A DNA stretch of 64,000 nucleotides from Candidatus Pelearchaeum maunauluense (GTDB lineage: Archaea; Thermoproteota; Nitrososphaeria_A; Caldarchaeales; Caldarchaeaceae), in contig JANVYQ010000003.1 of assembly GCA_030059675.1 (NCBI GenBank), positions 32,001-96,000 on the forward strand, written 5' to 3'. Positions 30,867-42,100 of this stretch are shown in pieces. Position 1 is the stretch's first letter. The number at the start of each line of letters is the position of its first letter. The translations under genes and the position numbers were made by a program. A model generated the notes under the pieces. It was not told the DNA's origin, did not search any database, and saw only the letters and a list, made by a program, of their open reading frames with translations.

Positions 30867-31985
30867 GTGATGGAGAAGAATGCTGAAGCTGTCTCATGCG
30901 TTGAGGCTCGCTTACAAAACTATGACGCGCTGGCAATTCTAGGGCTCACCCGCAGGGAGGCAGAGCTTTATCTCTCCCTACTCCAGCTCGGCGAGGCTTC
31001 TGCCCACACGCTGATGAGGATACTCAACATCCAACAACCACACCTATATAGCCTCCTAACAAACCTCAAGAAAAAAGGCCTAATAGGATGGAAGCATGGT
31101 AGGCCAAAGATATACTTCGTGAAAAACCCAGCCCACGTCATGGAGGAGAAGATAGAATCCATAATGAGCTCGCTGGATAGTCTCAAAAATACCCTAAAAG
31201 AAATCTACACAAGCTCCCAGAAGTGTTGTGAGCATCCTGTCGTGGAGGTTGTTAGAGAGCCGCGGAACATCTTCAAACTAATCAAGAGCGTCATTAGTAA
31301 AACCTCGCATGAGCTCTGCATACTTATGAGCGGTAATTATATGGCGCGGCTTGTGGATGATGTTGTCGAAAAAGCGGGCTTAGGTGTTCGAGTCTATGCG
31401 CTAACCTTTCCAGATCTTCGGCAAGGGTTGATTAACGCCCTCATGGAGGGGGGCGTCCGCGAGCTACGGAGCACCGCCCTAGGAAGGTTTATGCTAGTCT
31501 CCTCAGACTGCTCCCAGACGATATACATCCCCAGGTCAACCATGAGCGGCGGAGAAAGACAGAAATACGCATACTTCTTCACAGGAATAGAGATGCCAGC
31601 CTTCTTCACCCACTGCTTCTACTCTGAGTGGTGTAAATCAAGTCAAGTATTCTCCCAAGCAATACCCTTAGAAAACAGACTCTTCTCCCATAGAATGTTC
31701 GTATATGAATTAACCAGCTTAAAGTCTATTGGTAGTCAGGAGATAGTTGTTCGTGTAACGGGCGTAGATACGCGGACGGGTAGGGGGCTTACTGTGAGGG
31801 GTAGAGTTGAGGATGTATTTACGGAGGACGCGAATACCGTTTATTTCACAATAAGGACATCAGAAGGAAAGCGTTATAGTGTCGGTGGGTATGATGCAAT
31901 AACCGAGGATATCGAGGCTGAGAATATAGTCATAGAATCCATAACGCCGTCACGCCAGTCATCAAAGCTCCTTGACATAGCTTAA
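30867..31985 (+). CDS. sugar-specific TrmB family regulator
   Basis: N-terminal wHTH (LGLTRREAELY..GRPKIY) and C-terminal SVGGYDAITEDIEA motif. Confidence 0.88.
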   Translation: MMEKNAEAVSCVEARLQNYDALAILGLTRREAELYLSLLQLGEASAHTLMRILNIQQPHLYSLLTNLKKKGLIGWKHGRPKIYFVKNPAHVMEEKIESIMSSLDSLKNTLKEIYTSSQKCCEHPVVEVVREPRNIFKLIKSVISKTSHELCILMSGNYMARLVDDVVEKAGLGVRVYALTFPDLRQGLINALMEGGVRELRSTALGRFMLVSSDCSQTIYIPRSTMSGGERQKYAYFFTGIEMPAFFTHCFYSEWCKSSQVFSQAIPLENRLFSHRMFVYELTSLKSIGSQEIVVRVTGVDTRTGRGLTVRGRVEDVFTEDANTVYFTIRTSEGKRYSVGGYDAITEDIEAENIVIESITPSRQSSKLLDIA

Positions 31986-32060
31986 TATTCCTAACTACAA
32001 CAAATCAAGTAGTATGTAATGTATTGTATAATTTATTGTCATTTAAGCACGTAGTCGTAG

Positions 32061-33516
32061 GTGGATGTTTTGAATCCTCTAGACATATCCTACATGGGGC
32101 CATATTACCCAAGCTTTGCGCCAGAGTGGAGCAGCAGCGGAATATACGGCCTCCATTACTATAAAGGGGCTCTTCTCTACGCCGTTGCGTTTGACGCGCT
32201 CACTATAATATACCATAAAGGAAGAGTCAAGGAGTACAGATATGAGCTTATTGGAGGACCCCCGCGAAGTGGAGGAGACACATACGGCGCAGCCGTGGGG
32301 GTTGATGATACGTTATTCTTTGGAGGCTGGGTACACGCCCCCGCATATTATGACCCGCCAAGAGAAAGATAACTTTCCATCACAAATATTCACATTTACA
32401 CAGAATAGACCTTAATGATATGGAGATTAAGCTTCTATACAAGGATGGGCCTGGGCGGGAAGATACCTGGAGCGCCGAGGTCTCAGACATACTATACAAT
32501 CCCCTAGACGATTCCATAATACTCTTCAGAGGTGATGGACATTTTGGACATGGAGTATATTCCCTAGACAGGGGAGGAAAGACAGTCATGCGGCTCTCAT
32601 CAATTCCAGTACTGAGGGGGACCTTCTTCCTTGACCACTTAATCGCTGGGATATTCTGTCCCCAGGCTTTACAGTTCCCTCCCCCTCACTCCAGCTATTC
32701 AATATAGAAAACAAAGAAACAAAAATTACCAGGTACAATATCGCAGCGTCTGCTGTTGGAAATCCTTCTCAGGGTAAGTCTATAGTAGCTGTAGCACCTC
32801 TCAGAAACCAGCTCTACGCCTTCGTTGATGATGGCGTCTTCGTCGGCGATCCGACTGGAACATACAACTGGACTCCCGATAGTGTTTTTGTGAGGCTCTT
32901 CGCGACGGGGCATGGTGTTGCGCGTTATGCTCCCTGTAGGAGGGTTAAAGTAGTGAGCTTTGGTGGTGGGTTGCTGGTTCCCATAACGAAATCTGATATA
33001 GAAAACTCTCCAGTCCCAGCTACTTCGGCTTCAGGAATACTACTCTTCATGGATGAATCATGTGTAAAGATAATACACGCTAGCGGGAGGATAACGGGAT
33101 TGGCCGTAACGCCAGATTCCATACAGCTGGCAACCGTGACGTCAGAAAATACGCATACCTCCACACGGATAGATTACTGCTTTAAACAACTGCTCAAGCT
33201 ACCCCATGACATCATAAACAAGCATCCACCACCCCTATCATTAATCCTAGCTAAACGCCTCACAGCAGGCGAGCAATTAGGTGGGATACCTCTGAATGGA
33301 TACCATAAAAAACGCGTAGTCACAACTTCAAATAACGACAACATATTGATGGTAAGGGAATACGATACATCAGCACCAGAAAATAGCGCAGACGAAGAAA
33401 AATACACGCTAAAGAAGGGCCGTAACGAGATAGACTTGGATGGATTCGGGAGAATCGTCTCGTTCAAGTTTGAGAAAAACGACCAAGCAGGACACCTCTA
33501 TCTTTACCTCACATAA
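32061..33516 (+). pseudogene. DUF2139-like protein, two frameshifts
   Basis: PEWSSSGIYGL, GPPRSGGDTYGA and FFGGWVHAP motifs. The frame changes near 32365 (to KITFHHKYSHLH) and near 32665 (to LQLFNIENK..VFVGDP), joining ORF 32890-33516. Confidence 0.75.
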
Positions 33517-33610
33517 TTAATTATACTACCTAAAGTTAATATTAAAAGACTATATCCCACCAGCCTAACATTTAGGATGAACATATCATGAAGAGAGAAA
33601 ATCTGCACAA

Positions 33611-34943
33611 ATGAAATCTACAACTGCTGGACTGTTGGCGGTTGTCCTCCTAGTTATGGGGATTATCGGTGGATATTTCGCTGGTGTATCAACGGCTCCC
33701 GTTGCTGAGACTGTGACTGTAACACAAACAGTCGAAGGCGGTGGTATGGCTACAACCATAACAAGAACCGTAACGAAAACAGTCCAAGCGCCAGGTGAGG
33801 TTCACGAGCTTACAGTCTACGCCCTATGGAGCGGCGTAGAGGAGGAAAACTTCGGGATGGCTCTAGGCGCCTTCTCAATGATGACAGGCATAAAGATAAA
33901 CTATGTATCTCAGCCAGAGCTTCGGGATGTGTAACAACCCAACTAGCTGCGGGAACTTCTGAGGTTGACTCAATAATCGCGCCCTGGCCCACTTGGATAA
34001 AGGACGAGCTGGGAGCGGCTGGTCTATTGGAAGATGTTACGGATATACTTAATAAGGATGGCAGGGACAAGTCCCCATCAGCATATCTGAGTGTAGTTTC
34101 TGAGAACGGAAAGTTCTATGCCGTGCCCTTTAAGGCCTGGGCTAAGCCAGGCTTCTGGTATAATAAGCAGGTTTTTGACGAGTTAGGGCTTAATCCACCC
34201 ACAACATGGGACGAGTTTATGAATGTTCTAGACACACTCAAGGCTGGTGGTATAACACCCATAGCCAGCGGTGACGGTGTAGGCTGGCCACTCTCAGACC
34301 TCGTGGAGGCGTTCATAATAGGCCTCGGAGGCCCAGAGCTTCAGTTGAAGCTGATAAACCACGAAATAGCCTGGACAGACCCGCAAGTGAAGGAGATATT
34401 CGGAAGAATACAACAGTTGCTGAAGGGCGGGTACTTCGACGAGGCGCGCGAATGGACGATACAAATAGACCGACTAATGGAGAGGAAGGTTGGTATATAC
34501 TTCATGGGTAACTGGATAAACCTGATGCTCCAAGAGAAAGGCTACAGGCCTGGGATAGATTATGATGTCTTCGCCTTCCCAGGGACTGGTGGGATAGTTG
34601 CCGGCGGCGACTGGGCTTTCATACCGAAGTTTGCCAAGAATAAGGAAGCTGCTAAGAAGCTTCTGGAATTCCTAGCAGGCGCTGAGGCTCAGACGATTAT
34701 GTGAAGCTTAAGGGATTCCTAGCGACCAATAAGGACGTTCCTAAAGAGGCTTACGGTGCAGCTGACAGGAATATCGTGAATATGCTGGGAACCCTAGCCG
34801 TGCTTCCAGACCTGGACGACTCAACACCATCCGAGTTCCAGCGGCTCTTCCGGGACAAGCTTAAAGAGCTGTGGGCAAACCCAGACGCGTTAGACAGCAT
34901 ATTGGAGGAGCTTGAGCAAAAAGCCTCTGAGGTCATCGGGTAA
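33611..34943 (+). pseudogene. sugar ABC transporter substrate-binding protein, two frameshifts
   Basis: TM plus Thr-rich linker; YAVP, WYNK..PPTTWDE and GGDWAF motifs; one-base deletions near 33931 and 34702. Confidence 0.85.
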
Positions 34944-34948
34944 AAGAA

Positions 34949-35689
34949 GTGAAGACTAAAGGAACAACCATAATTATTTTTCTCCTCCCATCTATACTAT
35001 TCCTAAGCCTATTCGTAATATATCCGATGCTGTATAACTTCTACATAAGTCTCTTCAAGTGGAAAGTGGTCAGAATAGAATCATTTATCGGCCTGGATAA
35101 CTATGTCAAGCTACTTAACAATCCCCAATTCCATAGGGCGTTCATAAACAACCTAATCTGGATACTTATTCACGTACCCACAACAACAGTTTTAGGACTT
35201 CTCCTAGCTGTTCTCCTCAAGCGCGTCAAGGGCTCTTACATAATCAAGTCCGTAATCTTCCTAGGTATGGTCATACCCCAGATAGTTGTCGGCATAATGC
35301 TGCTCTTCATGTTCGACTCGGATGCACTGGATTCGCGGTAGTAGGTTATTCCGCTGGGCTTGAAGGAATACCCAAAGACCTATACGACGCCGCGGTTGAT
35401 GGAGCTTCTCCTTTCAAAACATTCTGGCACATAACTATACCCATGTTGAGGCCCGCAACAATAGTTGTGGTTACTATGACCCTAATCTGGGTTCTAAAGA
35501 TATTCGATATAGTTTATGTAGCCACGCGCGGAGGGGCCTGGAGGAGCTACAAACGTAATGGCTTATATGATGTATGAGCAGGGTTTCGTCTTCTATAAGT
35601 GGGGGGTAGCTGCCGCTATAGCGACGATATTCACCGTGATAATACTGGTGTTCTCAATATATCTGGTGCGCTCTATGGTGAGAAGATGA
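34949..35689 (+). pseudogene. sugar ABC permease (MalF-like), internal deletion plus frameshifts
   Basis: FIGLDNY; after MFDSDA it jumps out of frame to TGFAVVGYSAGLEGIPKDLYDAAVDGA; second shift in the G-run near 35535. Confidence 0.8.
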
Positions 35690-36513
35690 GACTCTCGTCG
35701 ATATTGATACATGTGCTCGCGTGGGCTATAGCCTCGCTGTGGATTATACCGTTCATGGGGGTTTTATGGCCTCTATAAGGCCGTTAAGCGAGATACTAAG
35801 CGGCTGGTGGAACTTTCAAAACATGAACATAACACCAGATAACTACATCAACGCATGGACCAACGAGCAGGTTCCAATAAGTAGGCACATGATTAACTCA
35901 ATCCTAATAGCCATACCATCTACGATAATCCCAATATTCACTGCTTCGCTTGCAGCATACTGTTTCGCCCGTTTCAGCTTCCCTTTAAAAACATGCTATT
36001 CCTAACAATAGTCTTATTACAAACACTCCCACAGCAATCGGTGGTTATCCACTCTTCATCATGCTGAGTCAAATGGGACTCCTTAACACGCTGCTCAGCC
36101 TAGTCATAGTGCATACGGCCTTCGCAGCTCCATGGACTATTTTCTTCTTCCGCAACTTCTTCGCCACACTGCCTGCTGAGGTTGAGGAGCAGGCACGCGT
36201 GGATGGAGCTTCAGATTTCAAGATATATTATAAGATAGTGCTGCCCATGTCCCTGCCTGCATTATCCTCCGTCGCCGCGCTACAGTTCGTATGGGTTTGG
36301 AATGATTTCTTCTTCGCCTTAATATTCCTATCGGGAGCGCGTGAGCTACAGCCCCTTACCGTTGCTATATCCCTACTTAGGGGGAGATACTTCGTGGATT
36401 GGGGGCTGCTTACCGCAGCATCTGTTCTAACTATGGCAATCCCTCTACTGCTCTACGCGCTATTACAACGATACCTCATGAGGGGAATAGTCGTTGGCGC
36501 GGTGAAAGGATAA
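35686..36513 (+). pseudogene. sugar ABC permease (MalG-like), three frameshifts
   Basis: ATG at 35686; shifts near 35765, 35985 and 36050; EAA-like EEQARVDGAS and VWNDFF motifs. Confidence 0.8.
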
Positions 36514-36515
36514 TA

Positions 36516-37603
36516 TTATACTATAAGCTCCTCGGTCTTAGCGTCAAAGATATGCACCTTATCACGTCTAAATCCAACCCAGACACGCATACCCGCATGG
36601 AACTCGGTAGTAGGCTGTATGACCGCCTTAATAATATCATCACCAAGCTTAAGGTCAATAATCATATTAGAGCCCATGGGCTCAACCACGTAAAACTCTG
36701 ACTCAAACACAGAATCATCACCCTTATGCGTGGAGAGTAGTATATCCTCTGGTCTAATTCCTATGTATATTTCGCTGCCAGTTCTGTCTCTTAAGATGCT
36801 GCTAATGTCCTTAGCGTCGTATAGGAAGTATCCAGCGTCAAGCATTACCTCGCCGTTCTTCTCTGTTACTGAAGCCTTAATCATATTCATGGGCGGGCTT
36901 CCTATAAAAACACCTACAAACGTGTTGGCTGGCTTATTGTATATCTCAATAGGCACATCATACTGCTGTATCTTGCCACGATTCATGACAGCTAGCCTGT
37001 CAGCCATCGCCATAGCCTCAGCCTGGTCATGGGTTACGTATACGGTGGTTATCTTGAGGTCTTTCTGAAGCCGCTTTAGCTCAGCTCTCATATAGACGCG
37101 GAGCTTTGCGTCTAAGTTGCTCAGCGGCTCATCCATTAAGAAAGCCTTAGGCTGCCGCACTATCGCTCTTCCCAGCGCCACACGCTACTGCTCGCCGCCG
37201 CTGAGCTGTTTCGGCCTTCTGTTCAAGAGATGCTGTATATTGAGGAGACGCGCAGCCTTCTTGAAGCGGCGGTCTATCTCATTCTTAGGGAGCTTCCGCA
37301 TCCTTAATGGGAAAGCCATATTATCATAAACCGTCATGTGGGGTATAGGGCGTAGTTTTGAAAGACCATAGCTATATCACGGTCTTTTGGTGGGAGACTA
37401 TTAACGACATTCCCATCAATGTATATGTATCCCTCGTCGGGGGTTTCAAGACCAGCTATACATCTAAGCGTAGTAGTCTTTCCGCATCCAGAGGGGCCAA
37501 GTAAAACTACAAACTCCCCATCATCAATATTCAAGCTAACTCCATTTACTGCGAGTGTTTTATCAAACCGCTTAACCAGATTTTCTATACGTATATCACT
37601 CAT
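36516..37603 (-). pseudogene. malK: sugar ABC ATPase (MalK/MsmX-like), frameshift plus nonsense codon
   Basis: GPSGCGKTT; YALYP frameshift near 37340; signature LSGGEQ*RVAL with TAG at 37185-37187; MDEPLSNLD and YVTHDQ motifs. Confidence 0.88.
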
Positions 37604-37657
37604 AACCAACTATGTTTATCATTGTTTGGATTAAAAATTTTATGGCTAGAACAAGTC

Positions 37658-38593
37658 TTATCTAATCATCTCTTTTATTACCGTATTCCGTAGAAGGCCT
37701 ATTTTCTCTATTTCAGCCTCAACTATATCGCCGTGCTTTAGATATGGCTTCCCCGCTGCTGCAACTCCCGCTGGTGTCCCAGTAGCTATAATATCGCCTG
37801 GCTCAAGAGTCATACCATCAGACACATATTCTACCAGCTGGCCTATCTTGAAAATCATCTCCTCAGTATTCCCTTCCTGCCTCACCTCTCCATTAACTCT
37901 TAGAGTAAGTTTTAGAGGATATGGAGAACCAATCTCATCCTTAGTTACTAGATACGGCCCGCATGGGGCGGCGGAGTCAAGGCTCTTACCAAGAATCCAG
38001 TTCATGCCGTATGAGCTTTTCTTCTCAGGCCAGCCAGGTGGAAACTGTTTATCTCTAAAACTAACGTCATTAAACACCATATAGCCAGCTATGTACTCAT
38101 CAACATCATTAGAGCTTATGTATTTGCCGCGCTTACCTATCACGACAGCCAGCTCCACCTCATAATCAACCTTCGTGGAAGACTTTGGTATGATTATATT
38201 CTCCCCATGACCTATGAGGGCGTTGTTATATTTTCCAAAGAAATACGGCGCCTCAGGCACCTCAGAGCGTAGCTCCCTAGTATGTGAATAGTAGTTAGCC
38301 GCTACGCAGAGTATCTTCTGCGGGTCGGGTATAGGTGCTTTGAACCCGACCTCCTCATAACTGCAGTAGAGTGCGCGTTGGTCATTCATTTTGGGTGCTT
38401 CCATAATCAGCTTCATGATTGTATTATAAGCTTCATCGCCTTTGCAGAGTATCTCCTTAACTGAGAGAAGATAACCAGGCACAGTATCGCCGCCAATTAT
38501 CTCGGTATATGCCTTGGATAAGTCTAATATCCCATATTCGGTGAGCGCTCCCACTTTGATTGAACCATGAATAGTGATTGTTGCCAGCTTCAT
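37658..38593 (-). CDS. fumarylacetoacetate hydrolase family protein
   Basis: KILCVAANY..H, VDYEVELAVVIG, NDVS and GDIIATGTP motifs. Confidence 0.92.
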   Translation of the reverse strand: MKLATITIHGSIKVGALTEYGILDLSKAYTEIIGGDTVPGYLLSVKEILCKGDEAYNTIMKLIMEAPKMNDQRALYCSYEEVGFKAPIPDPQKILCVAANYYSHTRELRSEVPEAPYFFGKYNNALIGHGENIIIPKSSTKVDYEVELAVVIGKRGKYISSNDVDEYIAGYMVFNDVSFRDKQFPPGWPEKKSSYGMNWILGKSLDSAAPCGPYLVTKDEIGSPYPLKLTLRVNGEVRQEGNTEEMIFKIGQLVEYVSDGMTLEPGDIIATGTPAGVAAAGKPYLKHGDIVEAEIEKIGLLRNTVIKEMIR

Positions 38594-38670
38594 CTCTGCA
38601 ACATTTCTTGCAAAACCTTTTTCTTAATTAAGATAAAGGTTTAAGCACTGGCTCTTATCATAACGATGAT

Positions 38671-39180
38671 ATGAATAACGTAAATCTGGAGAAGATAAAA
38701 GAGTTCGTCCAAGCGGTGGAGAAGGACCCGACAGAGGCCAAGAAACACAAAATCGTTAATGGTAGCTGGGTGTTTGAGGAGGGAAAGCCGCAGTTTACCG
38801 CTATGCTAGAGTATCAAAATGGGAAGGTATCGCTGAACTGTGAGATGCCGCCGTTCGCTGGCGGATGGGGAACAAGCCCAGACCCAATACAATACTGCCT
38901 CTACGGCCTAGCTGCGTGCTTCGCGGTAACATTCGCGGCAACAGCAAGCTCTGAGGGGATACAGCTAAAAAAGCTAGAAGTAACCGCGGAAAACTGGATA
39001 GATCTGAAAAAACAAATAGGCCTATCCAAAGACCCGATAATTGAGCGTATCAAGCTAACGGTGCGCGCAGAAGGCGCTTCGCGCGAAGTTTTGGAAAGAT
39101 TGTTGAAGATATCTGAGGAGCGTTGTCCTGGTGTTGAGTGCGTTACGCGGAGTATTCCATTTGAGACCGTGTTAGGCTAA
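38671..39180 (+). CDS. OsmC/Ohr family protein
   Basis: GG.G..PDP..L..LAAC and ERCP two-cysteine pattern. Confidence 0.85.
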   Translation: MNNVNLEKIKEFVQAVEKDPTEAKKHKIVNGSWVFEEGKPQFTAMLEYQNGKVSLNCEMPPFAGGWGTSPDPIQYCLYGLAACFAVTFAATASSEGIQLKKLEVTAENWIDLKKQIGLSKDPIIERIKLTVRAEGASREVLERLLKISEERCPGVECVTRSIPFETVLG

Positions 39181-39208
39181 TCTTCCTTATAACGTCGTAG
39201 TTTATTAT

Positions 39209-39610
39209 TTATTTTTCCAGTTGTTTTATTGCCTCTAAAGCTATTTCTTCGTCTTCCTCTGAGGTTGCCCCGCTCACGCCTACAGCGCCTATTGTTTCAT
39301 CGCCGCGTTTTATGGGAACGCCACCACGGCCGAAGAGCATACGCCCCCCGCTCATCACGGATATGCCAGCCCAGAATGCAGGGTTTTCCTGTATGCGCTG
39401 CTGAAATTCGCCCGTTCTTCTCCTAAAGATTGCCGACGTTGTTGCTTTCCCCCACGCTATTTGGGGTGATGCAGCTATAGCGCCGTCCATCCTTGCCAGA
39501 AGTATGAGCTCTCCATGCGCATTTACGACAGCTATAGAAACCTTAACACCCATAGACTCAGCCTTCCTTATACCTGCTTCGACAATCTGCTTAGCCTGCT
39601 CCAGATTCAA
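39209..39610 (-). CDS. GlcG/HbpS family heme-binding protein
   Basis: SIAVVN..G..RMDGA..A.GKA.T and GGVPI..IGAVGVSG..EEDE motifs. Confidence 0.9.
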   Translation of the reverse strand: MNLEQAKQIVEAGIRKAESMGVKVSIAVVNAHGELILLARMDGAIAASPQIAWGKATTSAIFRRRTGEFQQRIQENPAFWAGISVMSGGRMLFGRGGVPIKRGDETIGAVGVSGATSEEDEEIALEAIKQLEK

Positions 39611-39618
39611 ACCCAGTA

Positions 39619-40131
39619 CTACCTCCTCTCGTACTCACTATAATGATGTTGTTCTATGCTTTGTGCGTGTATTGGTCTGAATGGCTCTAGTCTGCGTAGC
39701 CACGAATATACTAGATACCCTGCGATTACCGTGATGAGTTGGCCTCCAACCGCTGCCATTAACGCCTCGCTTAGCAACGCGCCTGTTACTGTAGAGATTA
39801 GATATGCTGTCCATATCCCTGTGAGAACCGCGTATATCAGAGCTCCCAGCAATACGCTCTGACGGCGCATAAGGTATATGGCCAGCAGGCCGGCTAATGC
39901 GAAGATCGTTGTGAGGAGGTCCATAGGTCCAAACGGTGAGGCGCTGTTGGTCATGAACTGGCCGAATAGGAATCCCAGCAGCGCTGGCACGCCGAAGAGA
40001 GCTATGAGCGGGCTTACTATTTCGCCAGGCTTGATGAAAAGTCCCGCGATCTCAATCCTTCCTATGGCTGCTGTTCCAGCTACGTAGAAGCCAGCCATCA
40101 GCACAAAAACGGCAAAATCGCTATACCTCAT
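39619..40131 (-). CDS. divergent QueT-like membrane protein
   Basis: AGFY..KPGE..LFG.PA..G...G....N..SPFG.MD pattern aligns by eye with the QueT at 10843-11358. Confidence 0.65.
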   Translation of the reverse strand: MRYSDFAVFVLMAGFYVAGTAAIGRIEIAGLFIKPGEIVSPLIALFGVPALLGFLFGQFMTNSASPFGPMDLLTTIFALAGLLAIYLMRRQSVLLGALIYAVLTGIWTAYLISTVTGALLSEALMAAVGGQLITVIAGYLVYSWLRRLEPFRPIHAQSIEQHHYSEYERR

Positions 40132-40149
40132 CTAGCCATTCACCTCAAG

Positions 40150-40986
40150 CTACCATAGGAAGGCGCCTTCCCAAATTATGAGGAATAGCATGAGCCATAT
40201 GAGGTCAACGAAGTTCCAGTAGAGGCTTACTGCATCAAGGAATCCATGGCTCTTGGGTTTGAAGTGTCCCAGCTTGGCCCTCCCTGCGGCTATTGCGAGG
40301 ACTATTATTCCCCCTACAACGTGGGCTCCGTGAACGCCTGTTAGTATGTAGAAGCTGGAGCCGTAGAACCCGCTTGCTGGCGTGAAGCCAAGCTCGTAAA
40401 TCAGGCGAGGCCACTCAATACCGAGCTTAAGCCCCATGAACACTATACCCAAAACCATAGTAGCTAGAATGCCCGCTAAAACGCCTCGGTTATTCCCCTT
40501 CTTAGCAGACCATACGGCCAGTTCTATGGTAACGCTGCTGGTTAGTAGTATTATCGTCTGGATTCGTGGGATGAAGTTTTCTAGGTGAGGAGCTCCTGGC
40601 GGAGGCCAGACAGGGAAGGTGGAGCGTATAAGGAAATAAGCTCCAAATGCTGAAGCGAAGAACGCCGTCTCAGTGAGGAGGAAGAGCGCGGTTGGGAAGC
40701 CGACGCTCCCTACCTTCTCAGGCTCGGCGGGTATTGGCGTCTTCTGAAGCCTCTCAAAGAAGCTGGAAATCACGTGCTGCCACTGCCTAACCTCAAACAC
40801 CACAAAAACCACTAACAAAGCGATGAAGTAGAAGACTAGAATTAAGCCTACTGTTGTGTATATCCCTTTAAGCAGGAGAATTAGGCCGGCTATCAGCGCT
40901 ATGGTGTTCAGCCCAACGATAGCAGGCCAGATGCTCCCCTCCTCATGTTCTTCATGAGCCGCGTGAGCGTTAGTTTCTGCGCTCAT
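40150..40986 (-). CDS. coxC: stand-alone heme-copper oxidase subunit III
   Basis: LFLLTE..FF, TIILLTSS, FYILTGVHGAHV and LYWNFVD motifs. Confidence 0.88.
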   Translation of the reverse strand: MSAETNAHAAHEEHEEGSIWPAIVGLNTIALIAGLILLLKGIYTTVGLILVFYFIALLVVFVVFEVRQWQHVISSFFERLQKTPIPAEPEKVGSVGFPTALFLLTETAFFASAFGAYFLIRSTFPVWPPPGAPHLENFIPRIQTIILLTSSVTIELAVWSAKKGNNRGVLAGILATMVLGIVFMGLKLGIEWPRLIYELGFTPASGFYGSSFYILTGVHGAHVVGGIIVLAIAAGRAKLGHFKPKSHGFLDAVSLYWNFVDLIWLMLFLIIWEGAFLW

Positions 40987-41037
40987 GATAGTAACAGCTC
41001 CTGCAAACCAGCCTAAAAAGCATATTATTAAGTTTCG

Positions 41038-42036
41038 TTATCCTACTCTCCCAACAGCTCTAACTGCCTTCCTTATACAGCCCACGCGCGGGCTAAATAC
41101 CAGCGTAAAAACGATATTCGCCAAAGAGACTGTGAAGAGGAACAACGAGGCTACGCTCTCTGGATTTCTTATCATCATGAGCAACGCGGCAGATAGCGGA
41201 GCCAGCATAGACGCGAGAGGGCCAGCTAGATACATCATCGCATAACCAAGCCCGCCCGCCGCGCTGGAATCTCTATCTATGCGCAGGCCTAAAACGATGG
41301 GGAGAAGCTTAGCTCTACGCGGGAGTATTACAACAATATTGGACAAACCCACATAATAAAACTTGAATCTCACACCAGTTAAGAGCCCTACTAATAAATG
41401 CGCCAGGTCATGCGTAAAGAACCATAGCAAAAAGAAAACCCCAAAGGAGATGATTAGGTCTATGACTGGAATATTAGTAGGCAATAGTGCGAGGAGCCAG
41501 AGCCCTACCGCGATTCCTATAGCGGATAGGATGGAGCCGCTCAAAAGGCTCATAGTAAAAACGTACCCAAACTCTGGGAGTCTAGCCTCACCCGTTATGA
41601 GAGACCGTAAAACGGCATTACGATAATCAAACACGCGCCCAATCATCCTTATTGCAAGAGAATCAAATAACGGGCCCTGGAATGACTGTATTTCAATAAT
41701 ATCCTCCAACGTGGTAAAGCCATGATTTTCATGGCTTAGTATGTGTGTATGAGACCACTTCTTGAAAGGCGAGTCTATCGCAACTAGTTCAATCTTATTT
41801 GGCCGCTCATACCCAATTACACGAAACTTAACGCGAAATGGTTGGTGGAGTATGTGTAGCTTTAGTTCTATATCGGCTCCTAAATACAGTGTAGAGGGAG
41901 CATCTATAACTTTAACGCGCATCTCAGGCGGATAGAGCTTAGCCATATTATCGGGCGTCGTGATAATGTTAAACACGCGCTCCTGCTCGGCCTCTATCCG
42001 AGTCTTAACTGCCAGCCTAGCCATACCATCTCCCAC
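41038..42036 (-). CDS. SRPBCC (START-like) domain fused to an M50-peptidase-like membrane domain
   Basis: N-terminal SRPBCC pattern (PFKKWSHTH..FDYRN); C-terminal TM region with THDLAH and YLAGP. Confidence 0.7.
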   Translation of the reverse strand: MGDGMARLAVKTRIEAEQERVFNIITTPDNMAKLYPPEMRVKVIDAPSTLYLGADIELKLHILHQPFRVKFRVIGYERPNKIELVAIDSPFKKWSHTHILSHENHGFTTLEDIIEIQSFQGPLFDSLAIRMIGRVFDYRNAVLRSLITGEARLPEFGYVFTMSLLSGSILSAIGIAVGLWLLALLPTNIPVIDLIISFGVFFLLWFFTHDLAHLLVGLLTGVRFKFYYVGLSNIVVILPRRAKLLPIVLGLRIDRDSSAAGGLGYAMMYLAGPLASMLAPLSAALLMMIRNPESVASLFLFTVSLANIVFTLVFSPRVGCIRKAVRAVGRVG

Positions 42037-42100
42037 AAGAGAGGCCCATCTTTATATTGAATCAACAGACGCAAACCATGGAAGAAGGAGAGGAAATAAA

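Noticed and set aside
41960-42100. Long N-terminal extension of PheS
   Set aside because: It overlaps the divergent gene and its promoter; the ATG at 42101 is the more plausible start.
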